DNA of 64,000 bases from Eledone cirrhosa (GCA_964016885.1 OZ024746.1:73656001-73720000); one strand, 5' to 3'; counted from the stretch's first letter, positions 32,719 through 47,704 are shown. Translations and numbers: made by a program. Notes: a model not told the origin generated them from the letters alone.

Positions 32719-32752
<34 letters not shown>

Positions 32753-32786
32753 TGCATATATATGTATATATGTATATATATGCATA

Positions 32787-32851
<65 letters not shown>

Positions 32852-33002
32852 GCATATATATGTATATATATATATGTATATATATGTATATATATGTATA
32901 TATATTTATGTATATATATGTATATATATATATATATATGTATATATATGTATATATATATATATATATGTATATATATGTATATATATGTATATATATA
33001 TG

Positions 33003-33070
<68 letters not shown>

Positions 33071-33071
<1 letters not shown>

Positions 33072-33192
33072 CTGAGAGATCTACATGGTGTGGAGGTGGA
33101 TGTCTTCAAGAAACATTTCAAGACCTTGCTATCCAGGATCCAGGATGAGTCCACAGCAAGGCACGAGAGAAACCTAAGGGCAGCACCAACCA
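33071..33192 (+). mobile_element. 3' tip of second CR1 family
   Basis: [20 protein letters not shown] matches 11199-11318. Confidence 0.85.
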
Positions 33193-33623
33193 TTTTTTCC
33201 GTTTATCGTTTTCGGTGCACCCGGCCGATTAACCCACTCGATATGCAAATTGGGCTACTCAGCCGTTAATACGCATAAGGTAAGTATATACGTTCAACAA
33301 TCTGGCAGGAAGGTATACGTTGCTGACGATGGCTAATAAGCTTGAAACTAGTACAGTGTTCCTTTGTCAGTATTGAACAAACGAGCAACGATGGTTGCTA
33401 GACACTACGGCTTAATACGGGATGTTTGTTTACAAACACACCGAGCATTATAATAAATGTTCGGTGAATCCATACGTACATATATATATGTGTGCATGTA
33501 TGTATATATATATACATACTACTGTACGTCTGTATACATATATGTATGTACGTGTACATACTTATATTTAAGTAACAGCCGTACTAAGAGTGGGAAATGA
33601 AATTTCGTTTCATTTTTTCCGTT

Positions 33624-33625
<2 letters not shown>
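33191..33625 (+). mobile_element. Family E monomer with 16-nt terminal direct repeat
   Basis: CATTTTTTCCGTTTAT at both 33191 and 33611. Confidence 0.85.
33317..33359 (+). ncRNA. Minimal hammerhead ribozyme (family E)
   Basis: acgttg CTGACGA t ggct-aata-agct t GAAA ctag TA cagtgt. Confidence 0.82.
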
Positions 33626-33669
<44 letters not shown>

Positions 33670-33771
33670 TGTATGTATGTATGTATGTATGTATGTATGT
33701 ATGTGTGTATATATATGTATGTATGTATGTATGTGTGTATATATATATGTATGTATGTATGTATGTGTGTA

Positions 33772-33806
<35 letters not shown>

Positions 33807-33870
33807 GCGTATATATATATATATGTATATATATGTATATATATATATGTGTATATATATATATGTATAA

Positions 33871-33932
<62 letters not shown>

Positions 33933-33934
33933 TG

Positions 33935-33965
<31 letters not shown>

Positions 33966-33982
33966 GTATGTGTATATATATG

Positions 33983-34063
<81 letters not shown>

Positions 34064-34308
34064 ATATATATATATGTATATATATATGTATGTGTATATA
34101 TATATATGTATATATATATGTATATATATATATATATATATGTATGTGTATATATATATATGTATATATATATGTATATATATATATATATGTGTATATA
34201 TATATATGTATATATATATGTATATATATATATATATGTGTATATATATATATGTATATATATATGTATATATTTATATATATATATGTATGTGTATATA
34301 TATATATG

Positions 34309-34360
<52 letters not shown>

Positions 34361-34395
34361 ATATATATATGTATATATATATATATATGTATGTG

Positions 34396-34444
<49 letters not shown>

Positions 34445-35286
34445 AATCCAAGAATGCCTACATACTTATACAATTTTTATACTTATATATAATGCTACAA
34501 GCGAGCATATAGCCGAACTGATATCATCGTGATCCAAATTAGAGAGGGCAAATCAAATAAAAAAATATTACAACTTACCACCTGTTTAATGAAAACACGT
34601 CAAAGGATTATTATGCAATCACTTTGATGTCTTTGAAATGCAAATAATAGGATTGTATAATAAACAGAGGATGTATACATAAAGCCGGACGTCTATCTTC
34701 TTTATAATATCGACACTCTGTCTGATACCTCATAGATAATACTTCAAGGGCCACACGTTGTAGAGTGCTTACGATTGTTTACACTACAATCGGTCGCTTA
34801 TTTGATCAGCCAACGTTCCTTTACTCCAATATGTATGTAAGTAGGGTCCGACCAGTTTCTTCCACCCATTATCCGTATCAAATTTATCTCTCCTAGATTT
34901 TTCTTAACTTCCTATTACCTTGGCTACATTTCTTTCTTAGCACAGGCTGAGAAAAATAAACGTCGCTCACCCTATCTTCCTGCTTAGATACTACTCCGGA
35001 ATCCGAAATTCTATCATTCAACCCCAGCTGGTTCACGCTGCACAATATCCTTATCCAGTAATTCTTGGTTAGCTATAATTCCTTCCGCTTGAACCTGGTC
35101 AATTATCTGGATATTACCACAAAGATCCTTATGTCGTATATGTATAAAGAGTTCGTATATGTATAACGATTTGTCCAAACTAAAACACATCTCCACATCT
35201 ATTTCATTAGATTCTCATCATCGGTTTAACATTTACACGAGTTTCTAAGGTAAAAGTAACACACAACAAATAAAGAATTGCTTTAA

Positions 35287-35564
35287 CCCTTTTGATACCA
35301 AATCTCCTGAAACTAACTTTTTTTTATGATACAAATCTGTTTCTTTTAAAAACTGTTTGTATTTATCTAAAAAAGACTTCCGCTATAATTTTATATGAAA
35401 AAAAAAATCCTTTGTTGTGTTGTATTCCAAACATCAGCTTAATAATGAAGAATTTAGTTATATGACTAAATCCATTTCAAATTCTTGATTATTTGAAAAA
35501 CAAAACAAAAACGAAAACAAAAACATAGGCAGTATATTTCATTACAAGTATGGAAACGAAAGGG
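35287..35564. mobile_element. piggyBac-like MITE
   Basis: TTAA|CCCTTTTGATACCA ... TGGAAACGAAAGGG|TTAA. Confidence 0.7.
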
Positions 35565-35736
35565 TTAATCACTCACATTTCTCTTATACTGTCTTTCTTC
35601 TTTTGAAGGTGGAATATTTTCCAGAGTATTGATGAAATTATTTTTGTAACCAAACTTTTCTACGATCTTTTGTGAAACGACGCAAGTGGACATCACTGAA
35701 GCAAGGTAGTGTATATAACTTTCATATATATATATA

Positions 35737-35791
35737 TGGTGCTATTAAGTTAGACATGGCCTGGGCCAATACTGGCCGAAATCTATCAAAG

Positions 35792-35795
<4 letters not shown>
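35737..35795 (+). mobile_element. Extreme 3' tip of the main CR1 family in (TA)n
   Basis: TGGTGCTATTAAGTTAGACATGGCCTGGGCCAATACTGGCC matches 8162-8202. Confidence 0.9.
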
Positions 35796-35836
<41 letters not shown>

Positions 35837-36404
35837 ACTGCTACCCTCTTTCTCTCTGCCCCTTCTCCCTCCTTCACCTCTTGCTTTCCTCCACTCCCGC
35901 TGCTGGTCACTCACTCTCGGCTGGCCCCTTCTTCACACTTTCACTCACTCACTCTCTGCTACTCCCCCGCTTTCACTTCCTCCCGTCTAACCTGCTTGAA
36001 TTTCTTTCCTCTCTCCATCTTCTCGTGGCTCGGACGCGTCTATTTCTTTTCGTCATTTGATTTGTCGGACTTAAGCCCACAAGATTCATTGACTTGTCTC
36101 TCTTTTCCTCTCTTTACGTTGCATTACTACCATGTTGTTTGTTTCCTTTCCTCTGTTTTCATCTGTCCCGATAACTTAATTTAGTTATCGCTCGCACTGA
36201 TTTTAGGTTCTTTAATGCGAAGAAATACCAACGATAATCAGCAGACTACTGATGAAGGACATTCTTGTTTCTTGGTCTATTTTTATTCATATATATATAT
36301 ATACACACACAAAGAAATAGCCGTCGAAACTGCTTGAGCTCTGCCGTCGGGGTCTTGAACATTTTCCTATACACACACACACACACATACACACAAACAC
36401 ACAC

Positions 36405-36446
<42 letters not shown>

Positions 36447-36629
36447 GAACATATATAAACATATATACATATATATATAAACATATATATATATATATAT
36501 AAACATTATATATTTATATATATAAACATATATATATATAAACATATATATATATATATATATAAACATATATATATATATAAACATATATACATATATA
36601 TATATATAAACATATATACATATATGAAC

Positions 36630-36669
<40 letters not shown>

Positions 36670-36732
36670 ATATATACATATATGAACATATGTATATATA
36701 TATATATATATATAAACATATATACATATATG

Positions 36733-36773
<41 letters not shown>

Positions 36774-36776
<3 letters not shown>

Positions 36777-37352
36777 AAAGTAAGTCCATAGAATCATTTG
36801 ATAAAATATATACAGTATTTCTTCTCCCAATCAACATAATCAACCACATAAAAAATCAATTAAACGAGGCTATAAGTTTAAAATGTACCTATGAAGAAAC
36901 AATAGATAAATAAATGATACCTATTTTCTCTGCGATCAACAGCCACAGAAGATTTACATAGTATTTCTAATAGCCCGTAGAAATTGACTAGACATATAGT
37001 TAACCATACACAATTAGGTACAAAATCAAAGTTAGAAGAAAAAATGTACATAAACATACCAAAATCATGTTTCTACCCCCGGGGATTTCATTCGCTTTTT
37101 GGAAATATCAGATCATGGATACATCAACGAGTTTCGAAATTATCAGGAAACAAACTCAATTGGACAAAGATTTTTCTTAAATGATCCCCGCCAGAAACGA
37201 ATTCAAAATGGCTAAGAATTGTCACATGGCCAGTGGTCAAGTCAGAAAGCTTGTGATTGGTGCCTGACGGCGAGTAGGCTGGTTGCGAGAAAGCAACCTT
37301 ATGGGAATATATAAAATATAGAGGTTTACATATACATAAACTAGACAGAGCC

Positions 37353-37383
<31 letters not shown>

Positions 37384-38262
37384 AACTTGACATAACTATT
37401 ATCATCTTATATTCTCTCAACTAATCACATTTGATCATATTTCTCTATCCCGTTTTCTCCCCCCATAATTATAATATTTTTATTTTTATTTGAAAAAATC
37501 GGTTTTTTTACATTGTGTTTTCCCCTCCAAATACTCGCTTATATTTCTTTATATATTCTCTATATATTTTTTTACATATATATTTTTATCTTTATTATTT
37601 CCACTTTTATCCTCCTTTATATTTTACCTTATTCTTACTTTAATACCTTATTATAATGTAATCGTCCCCATGCCTTATTATACATTATTAATTATAGATT
37701 ATTATTATTACTCTTTTTCCATTTCTAATTACCTCATGTACTTTCTCCTCCGTTATATATATATATATATATATATATATTGCATGCCCTTTGTGTTTGT
37801 GTAGCCTCTGCACACCCTCTGCACCATACTATCGACGCCACCCCATCTATGGTTCAGCTAACCACTCGACTCCCGGGAATGAATATGACCGCAGCTAGTA
37901 AACAAGGACCAACCTCCCACCCCCCGTACCAAAATTAGACTTATCGTCCCCTACTTTTGCTCTTTACTCTCTTTACTCTTTGTTCTTGAATGTTTGGTTG
38001 GTAGAGTCCATAACACCAATCAAACCCCTTCTATAGCTCTGACGAATCCTACGGTTACGTAAGGAAGAAACATTGTAAGCCAATAAAAATCTTTTGATGT
38101 TGTAGACGCTCTTGTGTTCTTTATCATATATATATTTATATATATGTGTTTGGCAACCATTCACGGTGTGGCTCAATGACGAATTAATTAATTAAATAAT
38201 CAACAATCAGAGCAATATATAAGAAAGTAAGTCCATAGAATCATTTGATAAAATATATACAG
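36774..38262 (+). mobile_element. Decayed Penelope-like element with ~42-bp terminal direct repeat and 3' hammerhead
   Basis: AAGAAAGTAAGTCCATAGAATCATTTGATAAAATATATACAG at 36774 and 38221. Confidence 0.6.
38036..38080 (+). ncRNA. Minimal hammerhead ribozyme (related to 17351-17388)
   Basis: gct CTGACGA a tcctacg-gtta-cgtaagga a GAAA cattg TA agc, then CAATAAA. Confidence 0.75.
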
Positions 38263-38322
38263 AGACCCCTGGAGAGAACTCGTCCATGGATCTCAGAAAT
38301 TTTACCCGCCCTAGATAGACAG
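38263..38322 (+). mobile_element. 3' tip of the RTE family at 22166
   Basis: CTGGAGAGAACTCGTCCATGGATCTC..TTTTACCCGCC.TAGATAGA. Confidence 0.85.
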
Positions 38323-39212
38323 ACGTATTGGAAAAGGGTCCAATATATTGCATATCATGTTTCTAACTATTTCATTAATGCTACTAAATACAGATTTTTT
38401 ATGACCCAGTCAAAAAGGGGAAGTAATATATATGGCCCTTTGTAAAAATATCCCAGAACGGTAGAAGAAAAAGAGGAAGTTTCTTGCAAGCCGGCTATAT
38501 AAATTGCCATGCTGTGGGATTGAACCAAATACCATTTTATCCAGAAAGTACACGGCTATGCTTGTGCCCATTATTTATACCTTATGTTTATATCTCCCGG
38601 TTTATATATGTGTATATTTGTGTGTGTGTGTTTATGTGTAATTTAGGACAATATATGAAATAAAGGATTAATCCCCTCTCATTTCACAATAGGAACAATA
38701 AGGAAAATATGATGAGATATGCAATGATCCCCCAAAAAAACAAAAAAAAAAAAACATCGACAATAGCAACAAAGCCCCAAATCAGGTCATGCGATATATA
38801 CACAATATTAATATTTAAGTTTGTCTTGAAACTTGACCTACATATTTAAAATGTATTGTGAGGGACAATAAATTAGTCTGAAAACTGAAAGCCTTGATAA
38901 ATATAGACATCATGTTAAGGCTGACGATAGCTTTTAACATGACTATACTTTGACAGAAATGACATTAAAATATTATGCAGGCCACCTATAATATGAATAG
39001 GCTAAAATTGAAAACATAATATGGTGATAGTTGGTATGTAATTCACAGTTTATTCCGTTTGGTATTGTTCAGTATGTTCACGTTCACATGTGCCGGATTT
39101 TAAATTGTATTCGTTGATTCGTGGTTTTATCTAGATTAATGTAACCAGTTCAGTTAGAAAATGTCCTAGAAAACATTCTCTTTAAAAAAATTATATTTTC
39201 CTGCATACATAT

Positions 39213-39287
<75 letters not shown>

Positions 39288-39291
<4 letters not shown>

Positions 39292-40110
39292 TTAGTTATA
39301 CTATTTATGGTTATGTAAATACAAAACCTTATGCAGTTATAAGTATTTTTTATATACACCCTAAATAGTGGTAGGCAGTAATGTATTACTACCTTATTAC
39401 CAGTAAGTTAAGTAGCTCAATGTAAAAACATCAGATGATTTACAGAGCAGTTATATGAAATATAAGAATCAAAGAACTGTTCAAAACATTATTGTGCTTA
39501 CAGCTGTTTCCTCCAAACCGAGGTTTGGATTCTTCGGAGCAATTTATTAATGCATGGACAGTTATATGACCTCCTTTTCAGCCAAGAGACATACCGATAC
39601 ATATGCAAATATTGTGGGTCAACATTCATTACAGAATTTAGAGTGGCAGTACACATTTAGAGATTACATTCATATTAAGAGGTACAATCAAAAATCAAAA
39701 ATACAGGTTAAAATACAACATGAAGATAAGCGGTTATATAGTGCAAATGTTATATGTGTGGCACGCATGTGCGTCTTGTTTATATAGTGTGGCAGAGAGA
39801 TATGTGTGGTAGAGGTACTTAGGTAGGTAAACAAGAGTGTTAGGTTGGTAGATCTGGTGGCAAATTCTTTATATGATTGATATAGTCTGTGTGTGGAGAA
39901 ATGTTATAAGCATTAAAAATAGTGCAGGCATTAAAAGTGTTAAAAGAATTGGAGATGCATAGCGAAGGGATGTCAAGTATTTCATGTACTTCGACATTTT
40001 CATGGTCAGGGTAGTGTATTTTTCGATTATATGCCCCTCACATAATCCACGACAATTCGATATTTTAATGCCTGCACTATTTTTAATGCTTATAACATTT
40101 CTCCACACAT
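39288..40110 (-). mobile_element. Family F hammerhead element with short 5' inverted arm
   Basis: Inverse of 28703-29425; 40062-40110 is the inverse of 39890-39935. Confidence 0.82.
39495..39541 (-). ncRNA. Hammerhead-like motif (family F)
   Basis: tgct CCGAAGA a tccaaac-ctcg-gtttgga g GAAA cagctg TA agca. Confidence 0.68.
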
Positions 40111-40216
40111 TTAAGTGATTTTGAGAAAAAGTCTAATTAATCATTTTTTTCTATACTATTTTCATTTCAGTTATGGATAAGTGATTGATTCAAATATATT
40201 TTTATCTTTTTGCTAG

Positions 40217-40787
40217 ATGACTGACAAAAAACACGGCGGTGAAGTGGAGATATCCTCCAATAACACTGTAGAGATAAAAACGGATGATTTTCCACCACCA
40301 TATGAATCAGTCATAACTGAATCGCCGAATAAACCACCAATTAGTAAAGCCCGCATCATAAAGAATGCTCTAGTTTTGAGCTTTGGCTTCCTATGCCTAT
40401 TTACATCGTTCCAGGCTTTGATGAACTTACAAAGTACGTTGAACCAAGAACATAACGTTGGGCTCATATCCACTTCGGTCTTATATGCAACTCTTATTAT
40501 CTCATGCCTATTCATTCCACCACCTTTAATAAGCTTTCTTGGATGCAAATGGACGGTAGCTGTAAGTATGATTACTTACACAATTTACGTGGCTGGAAAT
40601 TTTTACCCGAAAATGTGGATGATGGTCTTAGTGTCAGCTATTGTTGGTTTTGGAGCGGCTCCTTTATGGTCAGCAAAATGTGCTTACCTAACAGAAATTG
40701 GAATTTGGTACTCCAGATGGCAAAATACCGATTCTGATTCATCAATTAACCATTTCTTTGGTGTTTTCTTCATGATTTTTCAGTCAT
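40217..40787 (+). CDS. UNC93A: UNC-93-like MFS membrane protein, first coding exon
   Basis: KNALVLSFGFLCLFTSFQALMNLQSTLN, LGCKWT, AAPLWSAKCAYLT, FFGVFFMIFQS; donor GTGAGT at 40788 (phase 1). Symbol denotes family; orthology untested. Confidence 0.92.
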
Positions 40788-40904
40788 GTGAGTATAACTT
40801 ACTACATTTGTTTCGGTAATATTTGATACGAGGCTTTTTAAGTTTAACTGATTGATAAGTAAATTCTAATCTCAGAAAAATGTATATACTTAATAGGAAC
40901 CAAA

Positions 40905-41095
40905 AATAATTGTTTCTACTTTTGGCACAAGGCTAGCAATTATTCAGTGCATTATTGGTACGTTATTTTATCAACCCCGTAAAGATGAAAGGCAAAGTTA
41001 ACCTCGGCGGGATTTGAACTCAGAAAATAAAAGGCCATAACTCTGTATTGCAAAGCATGGTGTCTGACGTTCTACTGATACTGCCAATCCACCGA
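40905..41095 (-). mobile_element. tRNA-derived SINE (Deu/Nin-like central domain)
   Basis: Inverse of 47335-47527. Confidence 0.85.
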
Positions 41096-42671
41096 TTGCA
41101 TATACTCTCCCAATGTATTGAGTACCTTTTTTTAACTCTGGTTACCCACCGACACCACTCGGACCCCGCCCACATGCACGGGCACACAAAGTACACTCAA
41201 GCACACACACACACACATTTCTGTATGAAAGAACGGTGACGTGAACAGTTATGTAGAGAACAGATAAAAACGTCATCTTCGCTCGTAGCTGGCAAACCGG
41301 AATGGCTACTGTGTAATTTCAACTGATTAATAACAACAAGATACTACATGGGTGAACCAACAGAATGTCTCTCAACAGACAACACAATGAAATAAACAAT
41401 ACAATAATGCAAGAAATTAGATTTAACATTAAAATGAAAACTGGAAAAGGGCATTCATTACAATTGTGACAGGGACAGACACAAGGGTGCAAGGTGGTGC
41501 TAGGAAGAGATACTCAAGAATTTTGTCTGAAAACAAGTAAACATGAGGGAACGGACCCTGCTACCCAAGTGTCATACAAAGAAGAAAAGACAGATTGAAG
41601 GAAGGAAGGGGTATATCGGAAAGATAATTATGGGATAAAGTTAGGGATATATATATTAAGTAGAATGAAATATATTGGGTCAAGAATGAAATTTGTACAA
41701 AAAGAAATTTCTACAAATTTCATACTTGACGATCCAATATATAAAGTAATACAAAGTATTATAGAATATACATTGTTATAGTTAGTCAGTTACCTGCTTA
41801 ATTAAGAAATTTTCTGAATATCTACTTGATCCTACTTAAATATTAAAAATGTTGCGCGTTAAAATATAGGGGACATAACTCTTAAAGATACAAGTTGTTT
41901 CCCCGGAGAGTTAAGAAACTTGAAAAATTAAAATAAAAAGTAATAATTAAATAAAATATGAGTAAAATGGCTAGAAGTGAGAATAGGTGTTGAAAAGAAA
42001 AGTAACAAAGGGATAAGTGAAAGAGTAGCGAAAAATGAAAAGTAGGAGCTTTTAAGTAAGAAAGAAATTTAGGATAAAACGAGAAGAATGTGAGAATAAA
42101 AAAGTGCGAAAGGGGATAAGGAAACTTGGCTACGAATGGTGTTAAGGTGAGTTATAATAATTCATGCTTGCTAATAAATTATGCGTGCTTAGGAACGCAT
42201 CCGCCCAGACATCCATATTTGTATGTCTGTATTTGCATGCTGTATTCAAGCAAACATTATTTAAAATATCTAAATGTATGAAGGGTTCAGAAGTCAACTT
42301 TGAATTTCAAACTTTCCATGTCGATAAAAAAGGACCAGTCCAGTATTAAGGTCGATTCTTCGTCTATATCTTTTTCACTTCCTCTCTCTCATTCTCTTTT
42401 CTTCTCTGGAAGAAATGTGATCAAACCTGGAGACGAATGGGTTCTGTCATGGTTAAAATGCACAAGACACATTGTGCGAATCTACCACTTGTTATGGGTA
42501 TATATAACAGAAAAAAAAGAGAATCAGTGTTGCGACGAATGGAATTTATTGGACATATTACAATTGTTTCTCTGGCGACCAGCTCGAGGCACGATCGATG
42601 TGATGATCGAACCTGATTCTGAAAATCGCAAGGTCCTCAGATACGTCTTGATTCTACGAAGCAGATTTTTC

Positions 42672-42723
<52 letters not shown>

Positions 42724-42880
42724 TTCTACAGGACTAGAACAGTAGAAATCATCAGGAATCTAGTCCTGTAGAATATCATCTATATTAAAACTTTTATACT
42801 CTGCAATGTATTGAGTACCTTACTTACTGTGGTTACCTCCGACTCAACCCGGAATAACGTATATATATATATATATATAT

Positions 42881-43195
42881 GTGGGAGTGAAAGGCCCCCA
42901 GTTGTTCTCACAACACCTTTCCAAGAGAGAAAAACTCTGAAAAAAAAAAAACTGTGGCTTCGGAAGCATCCGATGATGTTGACTAGTTCTCCTTTTCGGG
43001 TAGGGTTTTCGATGCTCAGAGTGTTGGATTGGTCGAGTGTAACGCCTTTCCCGACTTAAAAAACCTTCAAAGCACAGGCATTGCTTGTTCAGGATATGTT
43101 ACAGGTTTGTGTGGCTGGCGGTAGCCTAAAAGAGCACTGAATTCTATAATCTGACAAGCGATTGCAATACTCTTAGCAGAATTTGCAGCCATCAC
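42881..43195 (+). mobile_element. Family H RTE-headed non-autonomous element, 5'-truncated
   Basis: AAAACTCTGA, CATCCGATGATGTTGA, GCACAGGCATTGCTT and GCAGCCATCA end shared with family B and 49647-50110. Confidence 0.72.
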
Positions 43196-43766
43196 ACATA
43201 TATATATATTGGCCTTCTTCAAAGAAAAATGTTTTTCTAATGTTTAAAATTTTGGATTCTGAGAATCCTTTGGTTTTTAGCCTTTAACCTTTGACAATTT
43301 TCTGAATTTTGTAGAAAAAATGTTACTTAATTCCCTCAGTGTGTGTGTGTATGTATGTATGTATTTATTTATTTATATATACATGCACTGTGTCTCGTTT
43401 TAAAAAGATTTTTTAATTAAAAAAATTATTTAAAAACATTTTTTCAAAGTTTTAAAAAAAAAATATTTTTTAAAGTTTTTTGGAAAAGTTTTCTTAATTT
43501 TTTTAACTTCTTTAATTATTAAATTTTTGGATTCTGGTAATCCTTTGGATTTTAGTTCTTAACTTTTGACAATTTTCTGAATTTTAAAGAGAACATTTTT
43601 TCTTAGTTCCCTCCGCAAAAGTAATTGTGACAGACAGGCTGAAAAAGACATACACAAAAACACACACAACAACCCCACATATACACACAGATGCGTTTAT
43701 ACATGCATGTCACACACACTTACATGTGTGTACTGTTGTATATACACCCTCACACTCTCTCTCTAT

Positions 43767-43835
<69 letters not shown>

Positions 43836-44684
43836 TAAACGGAAAAGAAAATGCTGACAAATTGTTCAGTGAAAAATAGTTTAATTAGGAATAAGTAAAA
43901 ATTAGTAATAGTATTGGTTAGTATTCAGTTTTGGTTTTAAGTTTTACCGGTTGCGCATTTCTAATGCTTTTCAAAAATAATTTTGAGATAGAGCGTCCGT
44001 GATGTTTGCTCTAATCTGATTAGTTTTGGAAATTCTACCTGTTTTTATGTGAAAAAAGTGGCTCCAGAGGTATTAAAATAAGTTTCGCGCCAATTCGTGT
44101 TGCAAAAATTCTTGTGGTCAAAACAATTTTGATTGGTCGGTAGAGGTCATGTGAATGTTAAAAATTGATTTTGCGCCAAATGTAGGTTTGTGTCGGCTGA
44201 TTGAGAAGTCACTGAAAAATAAGTCTTTCAAAACAAATGTGTGTGTGTGTGTAGTAGTAGTAAAGAGGTTCGTTGTTGTGATAATGGTCAGCAGGGATGT
44301 GTGTGCGAACCGCAGCCTGTTGACAGTTCAAATGCCTATTAAGACAAGTGTGTGTGTGTGTGTGTTTGTGTAGCAGAGTAATTCGTGGTAGAGGGATGGT
44401 TAGTAGGAATGTGTCTGTAAGTGTGTGGGGGATATTTTAACATGTTAAAAGATATTTTTCAGCTCTTGTCTTATACGGAGAAGTGTGTGTGTGTGTGTAT
44501 ATGTCTCTTTGTATGTTAATGTACGCGTGTGTATGTGTGTGTGTATATATATGTGTGTGTGTGTGAGAATGTGTGTGTGTGTGGGTGGACCAGTATTTTT
44601 ATGATACTGGTAAAATGGTGTACATTATTCGATATTTTCAGTAAAAACGATTCTCTCAATAGAACATCAAAAACCTTAATAATA

Positions 44685-44748
<64 letters not shown>

Positions 44749-44998
44749 AGAAGTACAAAAGCTGACTTCTAGTACAGAAGTCAGCTTTTGAACTACTGAT
44801 CACTAGATTAACAATACATTCACAGGATATTTTTCAAAACAATTTCCTCCCTCGCAGAGAAACTAGTACTGTTCTCATTCCACCCAACATTTCAACAAGC
44901 AGGATGGAAGAAAAATGATTCAAACATTCGATTTTGATTTTAATTTTAAACCTTTGGTTTTTGACTCCTATCAATCCTTTTTTCATTTTTTACACTCT

Positions 44999-45041
44999 AC
45001 ATTTGACAAGATGGATTTTAATACATCGAAACCGGTAATTT
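44999..45041 (+). ncRNA. Minimal hammerhead ribozyme, C3U/G8A variant (weak stem I)
   Basis: acat TTGACAA gatg-gattttaata-catc GAAA ccgg TA attt. Confidence 0.62.
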
Positions 45042-45269
45042 CTTCATATACTTTATATACTTCATAAAAACATTTTTGAAAAATAATTGTCCTTCTCATT
45101 TTTTAATAAAATTATATTTTCAAAAAATGTCACTTTGACGAATCAAAAAAGAAAAACAGACTCTTAAATATATCTCCAGTGCTATTTCCAACTTCATCTT
45201 TTCTCTATATCCACTGTTTTGTATAGAACCCTTACTGCCCTTTTCTAATATATATATATATTTTTTTTA

Positions 45270-45800
<531 letters not shown>

Positions 45801-45830
45801 ATCAAAAGATGGTTAAAGGAGTTCCATATA

Positions 45831-45899
45831 ATTTTATTATGCGCATTTCAAAAACAAACATCATCAAGCAATAATATTTGTGTTTTCATCAGATAAAAC
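45831..45899 (-). ncRNA. Minimal hammerhead ribozyme (family A)
   Basis: Mirror of 46757-46825. Confidence 0.8.
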
Positions 45900-46756
45900 A
45901 GGAGAACATGATATGGAGGCTAAAAAAACACTTGTTGATAGTGCAGTTTTAAATCAACATATGAAAAGTGATTTTAGATTGATGTGTGATATTGGGAAAA
46001 ATATTTTATTTAGAGAGGGGGGGGGAGGATGAAAAGGGAAGGAGATGGGTGATAGAGAGAAAGAGATAGTTTTTATAACTGAGAGGAGATATATTTTTTA
46101 CATAGAGGGGTTGAAAACCGTTGGAAGATACTGTATAAATTAAAAATTTTGAAAATTAACGAAGGGAGGATATGTGCGAGGAAAAAATATTTTATTTAGG
46201 GAGGGTGGGGTGGAAAGGATGAAAAAAAGGGGGGAGGAGATGAGAGTGAAGGTGGAGAGGGAGAGATGGGTGATAGAGAGAAAGAGATAGTTTTTATAAC
46301 TGAGAAAAAGATATATTGTTTTAATATAGAGAGGTTGGGAACCGTTGGAAGATAATGTATAAATTAAAGGAATTTGAAAATTAACGAAGGGAAATTATGT
46401 ATGAAGATAGAGAGAAAAAAATAATAATTGTGGGTGAATATTCTAACGTCAAAAGAAGAAATGTATGTATTGTGGCAATTTCAAAATTAGCGAAGAGAAA
46501 AATTGTTAAGGTATCTTCCAACGGTTTTCAACCCCTCTATGTAAAAAATATATCTCCTCTCAGTTATAAAAACTATCTCTTTCTCTCTATCACCCATCTC
46601 TCCCTCTCATCTCCTTCCCTTTTCATCCTCCCCCCCCCCTCTCTAAATAAAATATTTTTCCCAATATCACACATCAATCTAAAACCACTTTTCATATGTT
46701 GATTTAAAACTGCACTATCAACAAGTGTTTTTTTAGCCTTCATATCATGTTCTCCT

Positions 46757-46825
46757 GTTTTATCTGATGAAAACACAAATATTATTGCTTGATGATGTTT
46801 GTTTTTGAAATGCGCATAATAAAAT
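46757..46825 (+). ncRNA. Minimal hammerhead ribozyme (family A)
   Basis: gttttat CTGATGA..GAAA tgcgca TA ataaaat. Confidence 0.8.
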
Positions 46826-47054
46826 ATATGGAACTCCTTTAACCATCTTTTGATCTTATATTATGCATACTCCAGTCCCACAAACTGTAGAGTGCTTCTT
46901 ATCCGATATCTGCATTGCTTTATTGTACTACAATAAAACTCACCTCCTACATTATATATATATATATATATATATATAACGAAGGAAATGTGGTAAGGAA
47001 CCAGGTGGACCATAACGCACCAAAGTACTCAATACTTGAGGTAGTAGAGTGGAT

Positions 47055-47164
47055 AATAGGAACCAGTAAGACCCCGACAGCTGAGCTCAAGCCGTTTCGA
47101 CGGAGTATTCTGGAATTAGCCGTCGAAACGGCTTGAGCTCAGCTGTCGGGGTCTTACTGGTTCC

Positions 47165-47167
<3 letters not shown>
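47055..47167. repeat. Hairpin with ~47-bp arms, each a hammerhead 3' half
   Basis: CCGTC GAAA cggct-tgagctc-agctg TC ggggtc on both strands; related fragment at 36318-36355. Confidence 0.8.
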
Positions 47168-47196
<29 letters not shown>

Positions 47197-47204
47197 ATTA
47201 TATA

Positions 47205-47264
<60 letters not shown>

Positions 47265-47334
47265 GAACGTGTACCAGTCACGTACTGGGGTTGAAATAGT
47301 TTACTGTTATGGGTTTCTGTCATTATTAGACATT

Positions 47335-47527
47335 AGGGCGGTGGATTGGCAGTATCGGTAGAGAGTCGGACGCCATGCTTTCCAGCATAGTTACGTCCCT
47401 TTACGGTCTGAGTTCAAATCCCGCCGAGGTTAACTTTGCCTTTCATCTTTACAGGGTCGATAAAATAAAGTACCAGTAATGTACTGAGTAATTTCTGGCC
47501 TTGTTCCAAAAGTAGAAACAATTATTA
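47335..47527 (+). mobile_element. tRNA-derived SINE (Deu/Nin-like central domain)
   Basis: A box TGGCAGTATCGG, B box GAGTTCAAATCC, TTGCCTTTCATC..GGGTCGATAAAATAAAGTACCAG. Confidence 0.88.
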
Positions 47528-47552
47528 GACATACTTTATTTGTTTTTTACAG

Positions 47553-47704
47553 CACAAATTTGGGGAAATCTTATTTCCTCAATGATGCTCGGCCAGAAAA
47601 CCGCCGCCAATGCGACTATCAACGCAGAAAATATATCATGTGGTGTTGATTATGATTTACACTCCTCGGCACCACCACCAATTTCCTCTGTAGATGAACA
47701 TCAG
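47553..47704 (+). CDS. UNC93A: UNC-93-like exon 2
   Basis: TTTTACAG acceptor, (S)QIWGNLISS..CG, GTAAGA donor; phases compatible. Confidence 0.9.
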
